A DNA stretch of 63,781 bases, filler included, from Collodictyon triciliatum (taxonomy: Eukaryota): assembly GCA_043381765.1 (NCBI GenBank). It is 23 parts of 23 records of this genome, joined end to end, with 100 filler letters (N's around TTAATTAATTAA, not from the genome) between each part and the next. Parts side by side here need not be neighbours in the genome. Positions count along the whole stretch, not along the records: positions 42,014 to 44,708 come from JBHJMP010008431.1; positions 44,809 to 47,502 come from JBHJMP010008432.1; positions 47,603 to 50,296 come from JBHJMP010008433.1; positions 50,397 to 53,090 come from JBHJMP010008434.1; positions 53,191 to 55,884 come from JBHJMP010008435.1; 18 more parts are not named here. One strand, written 5' to 3'. The notes under the pieces were generated by a model that worked only from the letters and a program-made list of their open reading frames with translations, was not told the origin of the DNA and did no database searches. Made by a program: the position numbers and the translations under genes. Below are positions 42,933 to 55,884 of this stretch, piece by piece (the first letter of the stretch is position 1; each line of letters begins with the position of its first letter).

Positions 42933-44310
42933 TCAATGATTAAAAATCTTTTTGATAACATAAAATCTTACATAGTTGGCATATTTAGCCAAGAAGCTGG
43001 CCAAAAGGACAGAGCAAATTCCAAGGATGATACCTTAATGTAATATTTACCATTATCTCAAGACGAAAGGATACAAAAAGAAACGCCTATGTTGTTCATC
43101 ACATTTAAAAGAGGGGTTTTCTATGTAAAGGTCATTATGATGTTTTGTGCTTGAACAATTAATATCTCACTGCAGACCTGTGACAAGAAAAACAAACACA
43201 GAAAAATACAAAAAACAATCAATAAAAGAAGTCAAGCACGAAGAGTCGATTGATAGTGATTCAAAGGGTATAGCAGCATGGCTCATACCAAGCACAAAAA
43301 GGCCGATAGAGCCTTCCCAATGAACTATTGGCCATTTGAAAATCTCTCCCACAGTTCCCCAATCATCTTCCCTCTAATTATGTAGACTCAATTGTCAAGA
43401 AGGCCATAAAATATGAAAATTAACAACCCTTACCAAATCATCGTACGTATCATCGTAGAAGAGAATAACGAATATGTTGGCTATGAAAGCCAAGGAAGAA
43501 CCCAACAATGCAAGGGTAACAGCAAACATTAAAATGGAAATAAAAGGCTTGATAAATGCAAAGTAAACAACACATCTCCAACTGAATGAGCTGAAGACTA
43601 TTCTCTTGATGTTACTCCAGAGCCCCAACCCACTGATGATGTTTGAGGCGGAAGGAAGTGACAAGACAACCTCCATATGCTTCCGAACAATCGTCATTTC
43701 TATGACACCGAGGAACCTTATGGCAACCAACGAGATAGTCAGAAGTGGGATTCCAATGACGATGATGCTCAGGCTGAGGCTGGTAGATATGGCGGTGATA
43801 GTCTGTAAAAGGGGGTTGTTAGATGAATACATATTAAATCGATCTAATACTTACAATTCCAAGGTATTTTCTTCTGGTGCATATTCTTTTATATTATTAC
43901 ACAATACTCATATGATAGATAGGATAACTAAAAAAAGGGCAACCGACTATAAATGAAACTTTGAAATGTTCACTCTGACGAACATGATGATTGGTTAGAT
44001 AGTACGAGAGCGAGAGTAATACTTAAATACATGATACAGTATATCTATTATTCCTCTTTCTTTTCATTTTGCTCTTCCTTAGTCGAATCATATTGTATGA
44101 TTATTAAGAACAAAAGGTGCATACTTTTAAAAAAAAATCTGGCCGCAGGGAAGTAAAAAAAAAAAGCAAGATAATATGTCACATGGGCCTAAAACTTACG
44201 AAAGCGAACGAAAAGAGCGCAAAGGACGGGTCAACAAGAAGCACGTAAAGTAGAAGCCACCACGTAAAAGGATCACCCAATGGATATAAGTACTCTAAAA
44301 AGGCGGCCAT
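42933..44310 (-). CDS. Membrane protein resembling the bacterial 'putative sensor' domain (PF13796-like), 4 exons
   Basis: DPFTWWLLLYVLLVDPSFALFSFAF|TITAISTSLSLSIIVIGIPLLTISLVAIRFLGVIEM...GLWSNIKRIVFSSFSWRCVVYFAFIKPFISILMF...; stop at 42933. Confidence 0.65.
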
Positions 44311-45331
44311 GAAGAGCAGACTATAAAGAAGATTGTTGTCCGATTTAGACAGGGGGAAGGTGAATGCTTGGGTTCAGGGTATGAACGAGTGTTTTGTGAA
44401 GGAGAAGAGATCAATGTTAAAAAAAAAAAGACGAGAAAAAAAGAGAGAGAAAAAAAGAGAGAGAAAAAAAGAGAGAGAAAAAAAGAGAGAGAAAAAAAGA
44501 GAGAGAAAAAGAGAGAGAGAGAAAAAAAGAGAGAGAAAAAGAGAGAGAGAGAGAGAAAAAGAGAGAGAAAAAGAGAGAGAGAGAGAGAAAAAAAGAGAGA
44601 GAAAAAGAGAGAGAGAGAAAAAAAGAGAGAGAGAGAAAAAGAGAGAGAGAGAGAAAAAAAGAGAGAAAAAAAAAGAGAGAGAGAGAGAAAAAAGAGAGAG
44701 AAAAAAAGNNNNNNNNNNNNNNNNNNNNNNNNNNNNNNNNNNNNNNNNNNNNTTAATTAATTAANNNNNNNNNNNNNNNNNNNNNNNNNNNNNNNNNNNN
44801 NNNNNNNNAAAAAGAGAGAGAAAAAAGAGAGAGAAAAAAGAGAGAGAAAAAAGAGAGAGAAAAAAGAGAGAGAAAAAAGAGAGAGAAAAAAGAGAGAGAA
44901 AAAAGAGAGAGAAAAAAGAGAGAAAAAGAGAGAAAAAGAGGGACATGGGAGGCGAAACCTGGAGCAATGAAATACGAGTTGCGCTCATTCTTTTCAACAA
45001 CCAGAAAGGAGAGCGTCGCTGAGAACGACTCGAATATAATTATAGTAAACTATATTATTCAGAAAAAAAAGAGAGCCAAGAAAGCCTTGGAGCCAGGGCT
45101 TGTTATGCTATTTATTTATTTATTTTTTTTTATTATTCTTCCTTTCAATAAGTGTTTAGCCACTTTTTGTTTTTCAAAAGGAAGCAAAATCGAATAAAAA
45201 CAAAAAAGCCGCAAGAATAACACAGGAAATTTAAAAGACAGTCAGCTTGCAAGCTTTTGCACGCAGGATTTTCTTGCTTTTGTTTATATGGGCAGGGCGG
45301 AGCGTAAGGTTTTGACTTTCGAAGGGGCGAA

Positions 45332-47375
45332 TTAATGCGACGGGGCTTCAGAAAGAGGGAATATCTTACTCCTGACCGCTGGGAAAACAAAGACTTTGAC
45401 AAAGTAACAGAAAAAGAGGCCGTTCAGAACCCCGATAACAACAGATATCCAGACCTGATAGGCCACCAGCTGCATCACAAGGGCGCCGAAGAAGGACATG
45501 TAAAGCACGTTCAGGCTGAGGAACGAGAGATTTTCGTCGGTCTCCTTCTCGAAAGGCTTAAACTTCACTTGCATGTATATCGATACCTATCGAGGTTATC
45601 GTCATTTGTTAAGCAAACGGAACTGAATGGCCTCACGATTAGAAAGCAAACGATAAGAGACAATGCCACCCTTTGCATGAAAGTGTTGCAAAGTTGAGCA
45701 CGTAGATACGAATGAGATTTGAGTAAGTAAAAGCCGACTTACTTGTATCCATGCAAATAATGTAAAGTAGAGGGCTGTGGAACTTGTGTATGGAACAATT
45801 CGAATACTCAAACCGAAAAGCAAAGACTGAATTAGTCTCACAAACACCCACCAATAACATCGCTATATATATCATCAAATAAGTGAGGACAGAATTATAT
45901 ATACATATACTCAAAGATATACAAAATACTTGGGATGATAAACATTCATAAAGGTACTTTCTCGTATATCCCTGCTATCGACTTCGATTGCGTAATGACA
46001 ATGTCATCCCACACAGCCGGCATGTTCCGTGCTCCTTTATCACTTATATTTTGGCCGACTTCATCCCGGTGTTGATTTCCTTCAGATTTTTCGTGACTTA
46101 GGCTCTTTGGCATCACAGTAGGTGTGTTCTGAACACCAGATGAAGAAGCACCTTCTCCAGAGCCACCCCTCTCGGATGGAGGTGATATATTTTGATGAGA
46201 TGCGGTGTTCTTGACCATCTCAACACTTATGGCTCCATCTTCTGGTACAGAGGCAGTAGCGATGCAATGGGGAGTGAAATGGCTTGGACTGCTTGCTGTG
46301 GTTGTGTTGCTTTTGACCTGTATTGGATGCACTTAGATTCGTGGTTCTTGAACATGTTTATCTTTCTAGAAGTAGTATGATGCAGCCACAAATCCTTTGG
46401 ACCTAAATTCAGCTTCTGGACGAACGAAAGACTCAAAAGAATAAGAATAGAAAATATGATTGCGAATCAATACGCCAAGATGCACCGCGACCATATCTTT
46501 GACCCTGAAGTCCATAACTCGGCTATGAGAACTAGCTTATTTGGTCATGATTGAATGCGCAAAACCATACACAATTGATGCGGCAAGAGAGATACCAGGA
46601 AACCGAGCCAAAAAGAATTAAAGAAAGTGAGTAAATGTGAGACCCTGAGGAGAGACCTAGCCAAGAAATACCACGCTAAAACGGTGGACTCACGTATGTT
46701 TTTACTAGAACGGTAATATTACCAACAAAAAAAAACTGGATATCAGACGCATTTAAGGAATAACTGATTACAAAAATGCTTTATTCAAAATGTGGTGATA
46801 AGAGGAACCATGCACGAAGTATTTCTAACATGCAACCAAGACCACAAATATTCAATCCCCTGCGAAACATCCAAAGAAACGTAATCTCCTGAACCAAGAG
46901 TCTCAGCTTCCGCGAGATGATTCTCTCTTATCTCACGAAACTGCAAGATGCTCTTTTGTATGCAATAAAATAATATAAATGTAACATAATTTAGATATGT
47001 TTTATATATCTCCGACTGCAATATATCATAGCATATTGCAAAAATGATTCAAAATTAATTTCCACATATATACTATTTAGTTCTTAACCAGATATAGAAT
47101 TATTCTGAGCCTAACCCAAATTGATTTTTTTAAACCACAAATAGATAAATTTGATTAAGGATCGAATTCTAGACAATTTCCAGATTAAAATATATCTAAC
47201 CTATCCTAGGAATTGTGGCTATTTGTACACGTCATCATAATTGACACGAATTAAATCTCGCCTCTGTATCGCTCCAAGAACATCACCGCCCCACAGGCAG
47301 AGCGCCCTGGATCATAATGCGAACAAACTCCGACTGGCTCGCGGATTCTACCTTCCCCTTCAGTCCTTCAACCAA
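45332..47375 (-). CDS. Multi-pass membrane protein with a TRP_C/Pkd2-Flc-like C-terminal TM region, 3' part
   Basis: IYEK|RCYWWVFVRLIQSLLFG...FAWIQ|VSIYMQVKFKPFEKETDENLSFLSLNVLYMSFF...*. Confidence 0.6.
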
Positions 47376-47891
47376 CTAGGAACCGAGCAACCCTAACAAC
47401 AAAGAAAACAAAAGAAAACAAAAGAAAACAAAAGAAAACAAAAGAAAACAAAAGAAAACAAAAGAAAACAAAAGAAAACAAAAGAAAACAAAAGAAAACA
47501 AANNNNNNNNNNNNNNNNNNNNNNNNNNNNNNNNNNNNNNNNNNNNTTAATTAATTAANNNNNNNNNNNNNNNNNNNNNNNNNNNNNNNNNNNNNNNNNN
47601 NNAAAAAAAAAATAAAATGGGGAAAGCAGCCCTAACATCAAATGTTTGTATAAAACCCCCCCCCCCCCCCCCCCCCGACTTTGTTTTTGTGGAATAAGAA
47701 ATAATATGAAACTAGTGTGTTTGAAGGTAAACAACGCGTGGCTGCAAACACATTTCACTAACAAAAAGAAAAGAAAAAAAAAGAAAAGAAGGTTCAAAAG
47801 TGTAAGGGCTTCGCAAGATGGCAAAAAGATAGTGCCTTCTGTGCGTTGTTCTTTCCAACAATAACAATAGAGGACATTGCATTTGACTAAC

Positions 47892-47987
47892 CTCTAGGTA
47901 CAAAGGGGCATTTGTGTCTGTGGGTGCGTCCATAATCATGAAGTGCATCCCGCTGTAATCAATTATGGTTGGTGGAGTCGGCAGCAT
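47892..47987 (-). CDS. First coding exon of a PRL/PTP4A-type phosphatase
   Basis: MLPTPPTIIDYSGMHFMIMDAPTDTNAPLYLE followed by donor GTTAGT matches the PRL N-terminus (P..I.Y..MRFLI.D.PT..N...Y). Confidence 0.75.
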
Positions 47988-49255
47988 GGCGTGTTCTTGG
48001 GTTCCTTAGACAAAAAGAATACATGAGAATGTTGGTTGGCGCAACTGAGTAGCTCGGGGGGCGGGGGTTTTAGCGAGTGGGTTGTGTCTTTGTTGCTGCT
48101 CTGCTGAAGAGAAGGAAAAAGAGTAGGCGCAAGCTCTACCAGGCCATAGGAATTCGATCAACCTCTATTCATACGAGTGCAACAAAAAAAAAGTTCAAAG
48201 AGGTTTTTGGTTGTGGAAAGCAGAAGAGGAATAGATAGTCCTCTTTTTTTTTTTCTTCTTCTTTCTTTATTCGTGGGAAAGGAAGATCATATTTGGTTCA
48301 TTGTTATTGTTATTTTTCAGGCCTCGAGTACTCTGAAATATCTGATGATACCAACAACAACAACAAAAAAAAATGTGTCCAGAGAACGTTGTCTAGAAAT
48401 GAAAAGGAACGACGGAGGATGCCTGTGGTTTGTTTTTGATTTTGCGGGTCTTTGTGGATGGCGTAAGGACAGTTGCTTGGAGACATTCGCACAATGGGGC
48501 CGCCCAGCGATCACCACACACACAACAAGAAAGCCTCCTGCCTGCAGTTTACTACATCATACGTGGTTGTGATCAATCTCGCACAGAGCCGCACAAGACC
48601 AGTAATCAAGTACGGTTTTTCAGGCCTTGGCTTTTCTTCAATTTTTTTTTTTTTTTTTTGAGGCTTTGTTGTTGGCTGGATTGATCCTGGTTATCATAGC
48701 GAAGGATCGTGATGCTGCAAGCTCCTATAAGGGATTTTTCTGAATAAAATATGTTGTGAATGTATAAATGTGGTCAAAATGTATCGAAATAGGTTATTTC
48801 CATGTAGTATCAGTTGTGTTCGGGTATGCAGGCGCGATGTAGTGCAGTGCATTAAAAATGTATATATATAATACTTATACTGTTAATTAGTTTATATTAC
48901 GATTAATTACGAGTGTTTATGTCATTATATGTATATTTTAATGAATTCCATATTTATATTAATCCCTCTGCACCTTTTCTGGGATAGATAGGAAGCTTGA
49001 AAACCTCAAGACTTACGCGGTGGTGGTGTTTATTGGTTGGGAGAAAAACGAAAGAACAAACAGAGACTAAGTGAATACCTTTCTGCCCTCAAACGCTACA
49101 GATGAAAGGTGCACACACCCAATATCGACTCTGGTTGCTGCAGGTACAATTGGGTGTGCGTTTAGTTAGCTTTGCTGGAAAAGAGCTGCATGTTTTCCTC
49201 TTAATCATCGTTTTTATTGGGCATTGCAAGAAGGGCAGTCGTGAAGGTTGAAGAC

Positions 49256-49801
49256 ATGGAGATCAACTTGGTTATGAATTATTTGAAGTATGATCGGAAG
49301 TGGGAGCAGCTGTCCACTGTCAGAATCGACCACTTGTCTGTGGTTATGATTGCTGGGGTTGAACATGCGACGCAGAAGGTTTGTTGTTTTGTTCTGCAAC
49401 CCAACACGCCTTATTGAAACTTGAGTTTTTGTGCTTGAGCCAAGTGTGGCTTTGACCCACAACGCGCGCGACTCTATCACCAATTGTCGGTAACCTGAAA
49501 GCTTTCTCTGTTACGCAACATCAACCAACAGCCTCACATCGTCTTTCCTTTGAAGGCATCAGATTCTGTGACCATGAGTTTGTGAGTACCATGCCTACAC
49601 TAGTCGCTGTCATTGCCCAACCCCTGAACTATTCGATAAATACGACATCTTATGCTTAATATCTTGCATAGGCTCATGGATGCTTTCAATCCAGGAGCGA
49701 TCCAACAGCACTCTGATGCCTGTCAGATGATAGCTATTGTCGATACGGATGGGACAGTTTTGTTGTATTACTGGAAGGAAGGAATGGACTCAACAATATG
49801 A
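49256..49801 (+). CDS. SEN15: tRNA-splicing endonuclease subunit Sen15, 3 exons (49256-49378, 49532-49581, 49672-49801)
   Basis: MEINLVMNYLKYDRKWEQL...MIAGVEHATQK|PHIVFPLKASDSVTMSL|LMDAF...MIAIVDTDGTVLLYYWKEGM*. Matches the Sen15 LAI.D.DGT.VYY motif. The start may lie further upstream. Confidence 0.8.
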
Positions 49802-50809
49802 GATAAAGATGTGCAAATACACGAAAACACAAACAAGCAAGCAAACATATAAAAAAAACATACAAACAAACATGTAAACAAACAAGTCAGAAATAACCAC
49901 GGGAATGTACCAGGATCAAAAGTGAGAATGAAACGAGAGAGGGGTTATTTGACGCTCCGTTCCCTTCGCTTCAAGATGATTCGGCGCTTTGGACTATTTC
50001 TTCAGCTCCTGGCGGAATAGCACCCTGGCTCTTTGTCCTTTACTCGCTACAAATATAACACCACGTCTTTAATGAGATAGACTCGTGCGAACAGCAATTC
50101 GAGCGGAATAAAAGTTTTTCTGTGGTCACATCAAAACAGCCACGAGCCGATTCTTGTCGCAAGAAACGCACAAGCGCGGTTGGCGTGCTCACAAAACAAA
50201 TAAAAAAGAAATAAAAAAGAAATAAAAAAGAAATAAAAAAGAAATAAAAAAGAAATAAAAAAGAAATAAAAAAGAAATAAAAAAGAAATAAAAAAGNNNN
50301 NNNNNNNNNNNNNNNNNNNNNNNNNNNNNNNNNNNNNNNNTTAATTAATTAANNNNNNNNNNNNNNNNNNNNNNNNNNNNNNNNNNNNNNNNNNNNAAGA
50401 AATAAGAAAAAAGAAATAAGAAAAAAGAAATAAGAAAAAAGAAATAAGAAAAAAGAAATAAGAAAAAAGAAATAAGAAAAAAGAAATAAGAAAAAAAAGA
50501 AAAAAAGAAAAAAAGAAAAAAAGAAAAAAAGAAAAAAAGAAAAAAAGAAAAAAAGAAAAAGAAAAGAAAGAAAAAAAGAAAAAGAAAAAAAGAAAAAGAA
50601 AAAAAGAAAAGAAAAAGAAAAGAAAAAGAAAAGAAAGAAGGGAAATTGCAAAGGATAACCAATGAAAATATATAATAATAGTCATTTGTGACTAAAGGAA
50701 TATTACATTCCTTCAAACATTAAAATCCCAACATGTATTATATTCCTTTCTTACAAGTCTCCCTTTCATTCGCTCTTCTGTTCTATTGAGCATAATTTAT
50801 TTTTCTCAG

Positions 50810-52936
50810 AGAATCATGCAGACGGTGCGTTGCGCAGACTTAGACAGAGAAATACCAGAATTGATGGGGATTTCAAAGGCGATACTGGACAACGTTATCT
50901 TTTGTCACCAAGAGGAGTCTGATTGGCCTCTGGATACAGCATCTAACCTTAAAAAGAAGTTTGACGAAATATTTGCGTCCACAAGGTTTTTTTTTTTCCA
51001 TTTCATCCAAGTATTTCAAACCCTGACCTTATAAAGCTCTCAAAACTTAGTCGTTGAATAGCAAGTTCAATAAAATGAACCGCATATTTACTATGGAACA
51101 GGTACAGCAAAGCTTTGGAAGTAATAAAGAAATTCCGACAAGAACAAAGCATAAAGATAAGAGAACTGACTACTGAATTGAAGCTATTAAAAGAGATCAA
51201 AGATATTGCTGACGAGGTTTTTCAATCAGCATTCCTTCCCCTTTTTCAAATTCCTCTGTTATTTTCTTTTGTGCTATCATTCTTATTACAAGGTTTATTT
51301 CCAAAACTAGATTTTTCATAATGCTTTCTAATCCTATCGCAGAAACAAATGGAAATTAACACATTGAAGAAAAAGGCTGAAGAATCAAGCCAAAGCTCTG
51401 GTGATATCAGCCAAAGAGTATCCAAGATAGAACAGCAGATAGTCTCCCTAGAAGAAGTAATTTTAGCATGTTTTTTCTCATAACCCATGAATATTACTAT
51501 GCGCAACCATATTTCTACAAAGCCTTATTTATTTCTTTCATTTTCTTCGAACTTCTTACACGCATCAAACTATAGGAGTTACAATCCACTAGCCAAATTA
51601 GCGAGAATATTAAGGCTCTTCAAGCCAAAAAGAGCTCGGGCGAGAAGGCGATTGTGCACCTTCAAGAATCGGCAGCCCAATACAAAGGTTTTTTTTATTT
51701 ATTTATTAAAACACACAGGGAATCTCTTAGAAATTCAGTTGACTGATAACACTGCGAGTACCCATTAACATTTTATTTTGAATGGCTCATTTTCTAAAGC
51801 AGAAAGCGATGAAGATATTCAACTCCGATTATCCAAAGTATCGACTGACTCGTCAAAAATACAAGAGGATTTAAATAACGCTACCGAAACAATGCACAAG
51901 ATCAAGTCGTATCTTAAGAAGGAAACCGAAGAGCTGCAGAAATATGCGTACCAGAAGGGCAAGCTCGAGGGAGCAATTAGAGTATTCTTTTTACACAGTT
52001 TTTTTTAATTTGGAAAATCTATATTGAAATGATTTGAGCAATTACCTAAGTTCATGTACTACTTGTCGCCCAGTCAAGAGAGAAGAAGATTGAAGAACAA
52101 AAAGAGTTTCATTCAAAAGTAAAAGCAAAGTATCAGCTCAAGACGGACAATTCTTCGCCGATGGATTCTCAATTTGAAAGTCAAATGAACGAAGCAAAGT
52201 CGAAGCAGACGAAGATATTGGCTAATGGAAAGGTTTTTATTCAAAAATTTAACCGAATAACTGTTTTATGCACTTGTAAGAAACATAATGAATTTTTGCA
52301 ACTCGCACAGGGAATATGAAGCTAAAGTTCTTTTTTCTTACTTCATCGCCTTGCTCATAGTCTTCGTTAAGTGCTGGTGTTGAGCTGCTTAGAGAGCAGG
52401 CAGAAAAGTTAAGACGGCAAGAGATGTCCATGGACGAAGGCTTAAGTCAACGCACGGAAAGGAGAGTGTGTTTTACATATATTTACACCCTTGACAAACC
52501 TGAATTTCGTATGTTTTTGAAAGTTACAAAAAGTAGAGATAAAATGCATTATCAACCCACCACAATTACAGGAAAAATTGGCCAATGAGAAGCAGCTGCT
52601 CATGGAAAAGCTAAAGAGAAATGAAAATATGGACGCAGCTATTCGAGACCTTTCAAAAAAGATCCAATCGCAGGTTAAGATCCAAAAATGAAGTTTTTTT
52701 TCTTTTGACAACCAAATTTGACTTTTCGATCTCATTTCTTTCTTTTATATTTTATTTTATTGAATCGATCCTCATATTTGTCCACTTTTTTTTCAACCTC
52801 CTAATAGGAAGAAGATATTAAGATGCTGAGCTCCTCTTTGGACTGTGATGTCATATCCGCGACTATTGAGAGTTGCAAAGATGCAAAAAGACAATTTGAT
52901 ATCGAGATTCAACAACTGCTTCTGGAGGAACGAGAG
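50810..52936 (+). CDS. RAD50: DNA repair protein RAD50, internal exons
   Basis: [65 protein letters not shown], followed by coiled-coil exons. Confidence 0.95.
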
Positions 52937-54043
52937 GTTAACATCTCGTTCGCTTTTTAATTTATTTCATTGCATTCTTTTCCACAATATTTTTCTTTAC
53001 TGCAATCTATAAACAAAAAACAAAAAAACAAAAAAACAAAAAAACAAAAAAACAAAAAAACAAAAAAACAAAAAAACAAAAAAACAAAAANNNNNNNNNN
53101 NNNNNNNNNNNNNNNNNNNNNNNNNNNNNNNNNNTTAATTAATTAANNNNNNNNNNNNNNNNNNNNNNNNNNNNNNNNNNNNNNNNNNNNAATATTACAA
53201 ATGGCTTGGAGAAAAGTCGGATGGTCTATACAATGTAGTGCATGTTTTCTTGAACAATACAAAGTAAACACCATTAATTACAGGTACACTTTCTTAGACC
53301 ATTCAAAAACAAATATATATATAACATGTAACACATAACACTAAACAACTAACAAAACTCTCAAAAAACTAATTAAAACGAAAATCACGAGACAGATTGA
53401 TACACACCAGATGATGGCTTTCGAATCACTGCGTTTCACAAATGGATACTTGTCTTTGGTTCATTACAATATCAGAGGAAATAAACTGCATTCTTTAAAT
53501 AAAAAAACTAAATTTCAACGTTTTTCAATAGATTTGTATCAGTAGTCCATTATTTTAAATATTATAGTTACTCAAGACAAGTAAAGGTCCAATCTGATAT
53601 ATTCCATTCCTTGATTATTTTTTTATTCTTCCTTTCAATTTTGTGCAGGAAAGTGAATATTCAATTCCTTGATAAAATAAATGAATCTCTTTACCTCTGG
53701 GACAATTTGCATGCATATATTTTTCAATAAAACATATTGATTGCAATTTTTGTATCAGAGATACAAAAATTGTACGTATCACCACACATAATAATCAATC
53801 ATTGTGTCGTGTATCAGAAAAATACAAATCAGAACACATGGAATGTGATATTATTTTCTTTCTTTGATTCAAAAAAGTTTAAAAATAACTTCTAAGAACA
53901 TTATAAATTTCATAAAAATATCATATGAAAGATGTATATATGATATTATTGATTAAAAATGAAGTATTAAAATATAGTTATTATTTATAAGCGTATAAAG
54001 ATCCTGGGAAAAAACCTCATACATCATAACAAACTCATCTAGT

Positions 54044-55884
54044 GGGTATCACGGCTTGGTAATATTTTCGCCCGTACATGGACATGCTGTGAGAAAATTC
54101 GAGGCTCTCCGAAAATTCTCTGTCACTTCTAATACCTGCAGTACATGGCCCCGCCGGCCGGCATTAGTAAATTGGGATGAACCTGGGATGAACCGTTCAT
54201 CTCGCTCCAAATTTTTGACCGGCCGGCAGGGCTTTGTTCATCCTAAGCATATTCTAATATATTCAAAGAACACATTGCCAAAGTAATATTTCTATATTGA
54301 TAATTTCTTTCCTGTTTGAGATGAACCTGGTTTCCAATCATACAACTGCAGTGTCACCTTCTTGACTGCAGCACCTTCTGAAGGTTTTTTTTTATTTATT
54401 TGCTTATTTTTATAAATAAATATCTACATATTGATTGCTTTGTTTTGTTTCGTTTCGTTTTCTTTTGTTTTTTTCTGTATTGCTTCGTTTTTTCCTTTCT
54501 TATAGTAGTGCTATTATCATTCTCTTCCAAAAACCACATATTCATTTCTTTTCATACTTGTGTACACGATTTTTAAGTCTTTATTACTTTTTCTTGTTTT
54601 TCTGATTTTGTTTTTCTTTTATTATTTTAATATCCAATACTGTTATTCTTGCTCTTTGCTGATTAGTTTTTTTTTCCTTGTGCATGTTAATTTTTATCAT
54701 TTTTAACTGTTCTCTTTTCTCGTGCTTCACGCTCCTTGATCCTCGATATTTGTTTCTTGTTCGTATCTCGTTTCTAGTTGCTCGTTTCTAGTTTCTCGTT
54801 ACTTGTTGCTCGTTGCTCGTTTCTAGTTTCTCGTTACATGTTGCATGCTGCTAGTTATTAGTTATTAGTTATTAGTTTCAAGTTTCTAGTTTCTCGTTGC
54901 TCGTTACTTGTTTCTCGTATCTCGTATCTCGTTTCTAGTTTCTCGTATCTCGTTTCTCGTTTCTCGTTTCTCGTTTCTCGTTTCTCGTTTCTCGTTTCTC
55001 TTTTCTCTTTTCTAGTTTCTCGTTTCTAGTTTCTCGTTACTTGTTTCTCGTTGCATGTTGCTAGTTGCTAGTTGCTAGTTGCTAGTTGCTAGTTACTCTC
55101 TTTTTCCTTCAAATTTTTTCTATCGATTTTTTTTATTGTTTATTCCCTTTTTATTATTCACTATTCACCGCTAGCTGTTCCTTACCACTTGCTTGTCGTT
55201 TCTTGATCCTGTGTCTGTCAAATTCTTTTCTTTTATTCTTTTCTTTTTTTTAATCACTATTCGTTTCTTGATGTTTCTTGCCACTTGCTTCTTATTCCTG
55301 TAATTTTTTTTTTATTCTTTTACTATATATTCTCTATTGGCTACATTCTGCTTTTCGATCTTATTTCTTGTACATTTTCTACTTTCTCTTACATATTGTC
55401 CCTCTTAATAGTCATTTTCATATATATTTTATAACTTTTTTAATTATAATTTCCAATTCTATTCTTTTGTTTTATTCTTTTTTTTTCTTGTTTCGTATTT
55501 TGTACTTTTAGTAAACCCTCGCTATGACACCTTTTTCTGGGTGAGCGGAGGATCTCGTTTTTATTTTCTCGACAAATTAAATCACGAAGAAAAATCACGG
55601 ATCTTGAGCCTTGTCCATTCCTCTTAGCCCCGCTTACGTATATGTTTACCTTATAAACGCCCTTCAATATTATTCATTCAAGTAAAGACTGTTATTTTTC
55701 TACTGTACTATAATTGTATCACCTATAAAAAAATCTGTATATAAAACATAGGATTACATGTGTGTTCCTGACCGCCCATAGGTAATTACTAGTTTTTTTT
55801 GACTAGTCCAGGTGTATAGGCTGTGGGATCCAGATTGAACGGATACACATACAGGGTATGATTTGTGATCCTTTTTTGATACCC
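54044..55884. mobile_element. Possible non-autonomous TIR element with GC-rich hairpins
   Basis: GGGTATCA at 54044 and TGATACCC as the last 8 bases of the contig. Subterminal hairpins and GATGAACC repeats; no coding capacity. Confidence 0.3.
54750..55095. repeat. Mosaic 7-bp minisatellite (TTTCTCG/TTTCTAG/TTGCTAG/TATCTCG/TTATTAG)
   Basis: 7-nt periodicity with blocks of variant units. Confidence 0.9.

Noticed and set aside
43034-43074. GTATCCTTT on the minus strand suggesting a U12 donor and a 12-nt micro-exon
   Set aside because: It would give a 41-nt intron with no U12 branch site. The simple GTATGA...AAG intron already keeps the frame.
46320-46828. Hydrophobic frame interrupted by TGA (ILAY*FAIIF), hinting at TGA=Trp
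   Set aside because: The region lies inside a clean phase-0 intron, and TGA is the stop in the SEN15, RING1, BRCA2-like and sensor genes.
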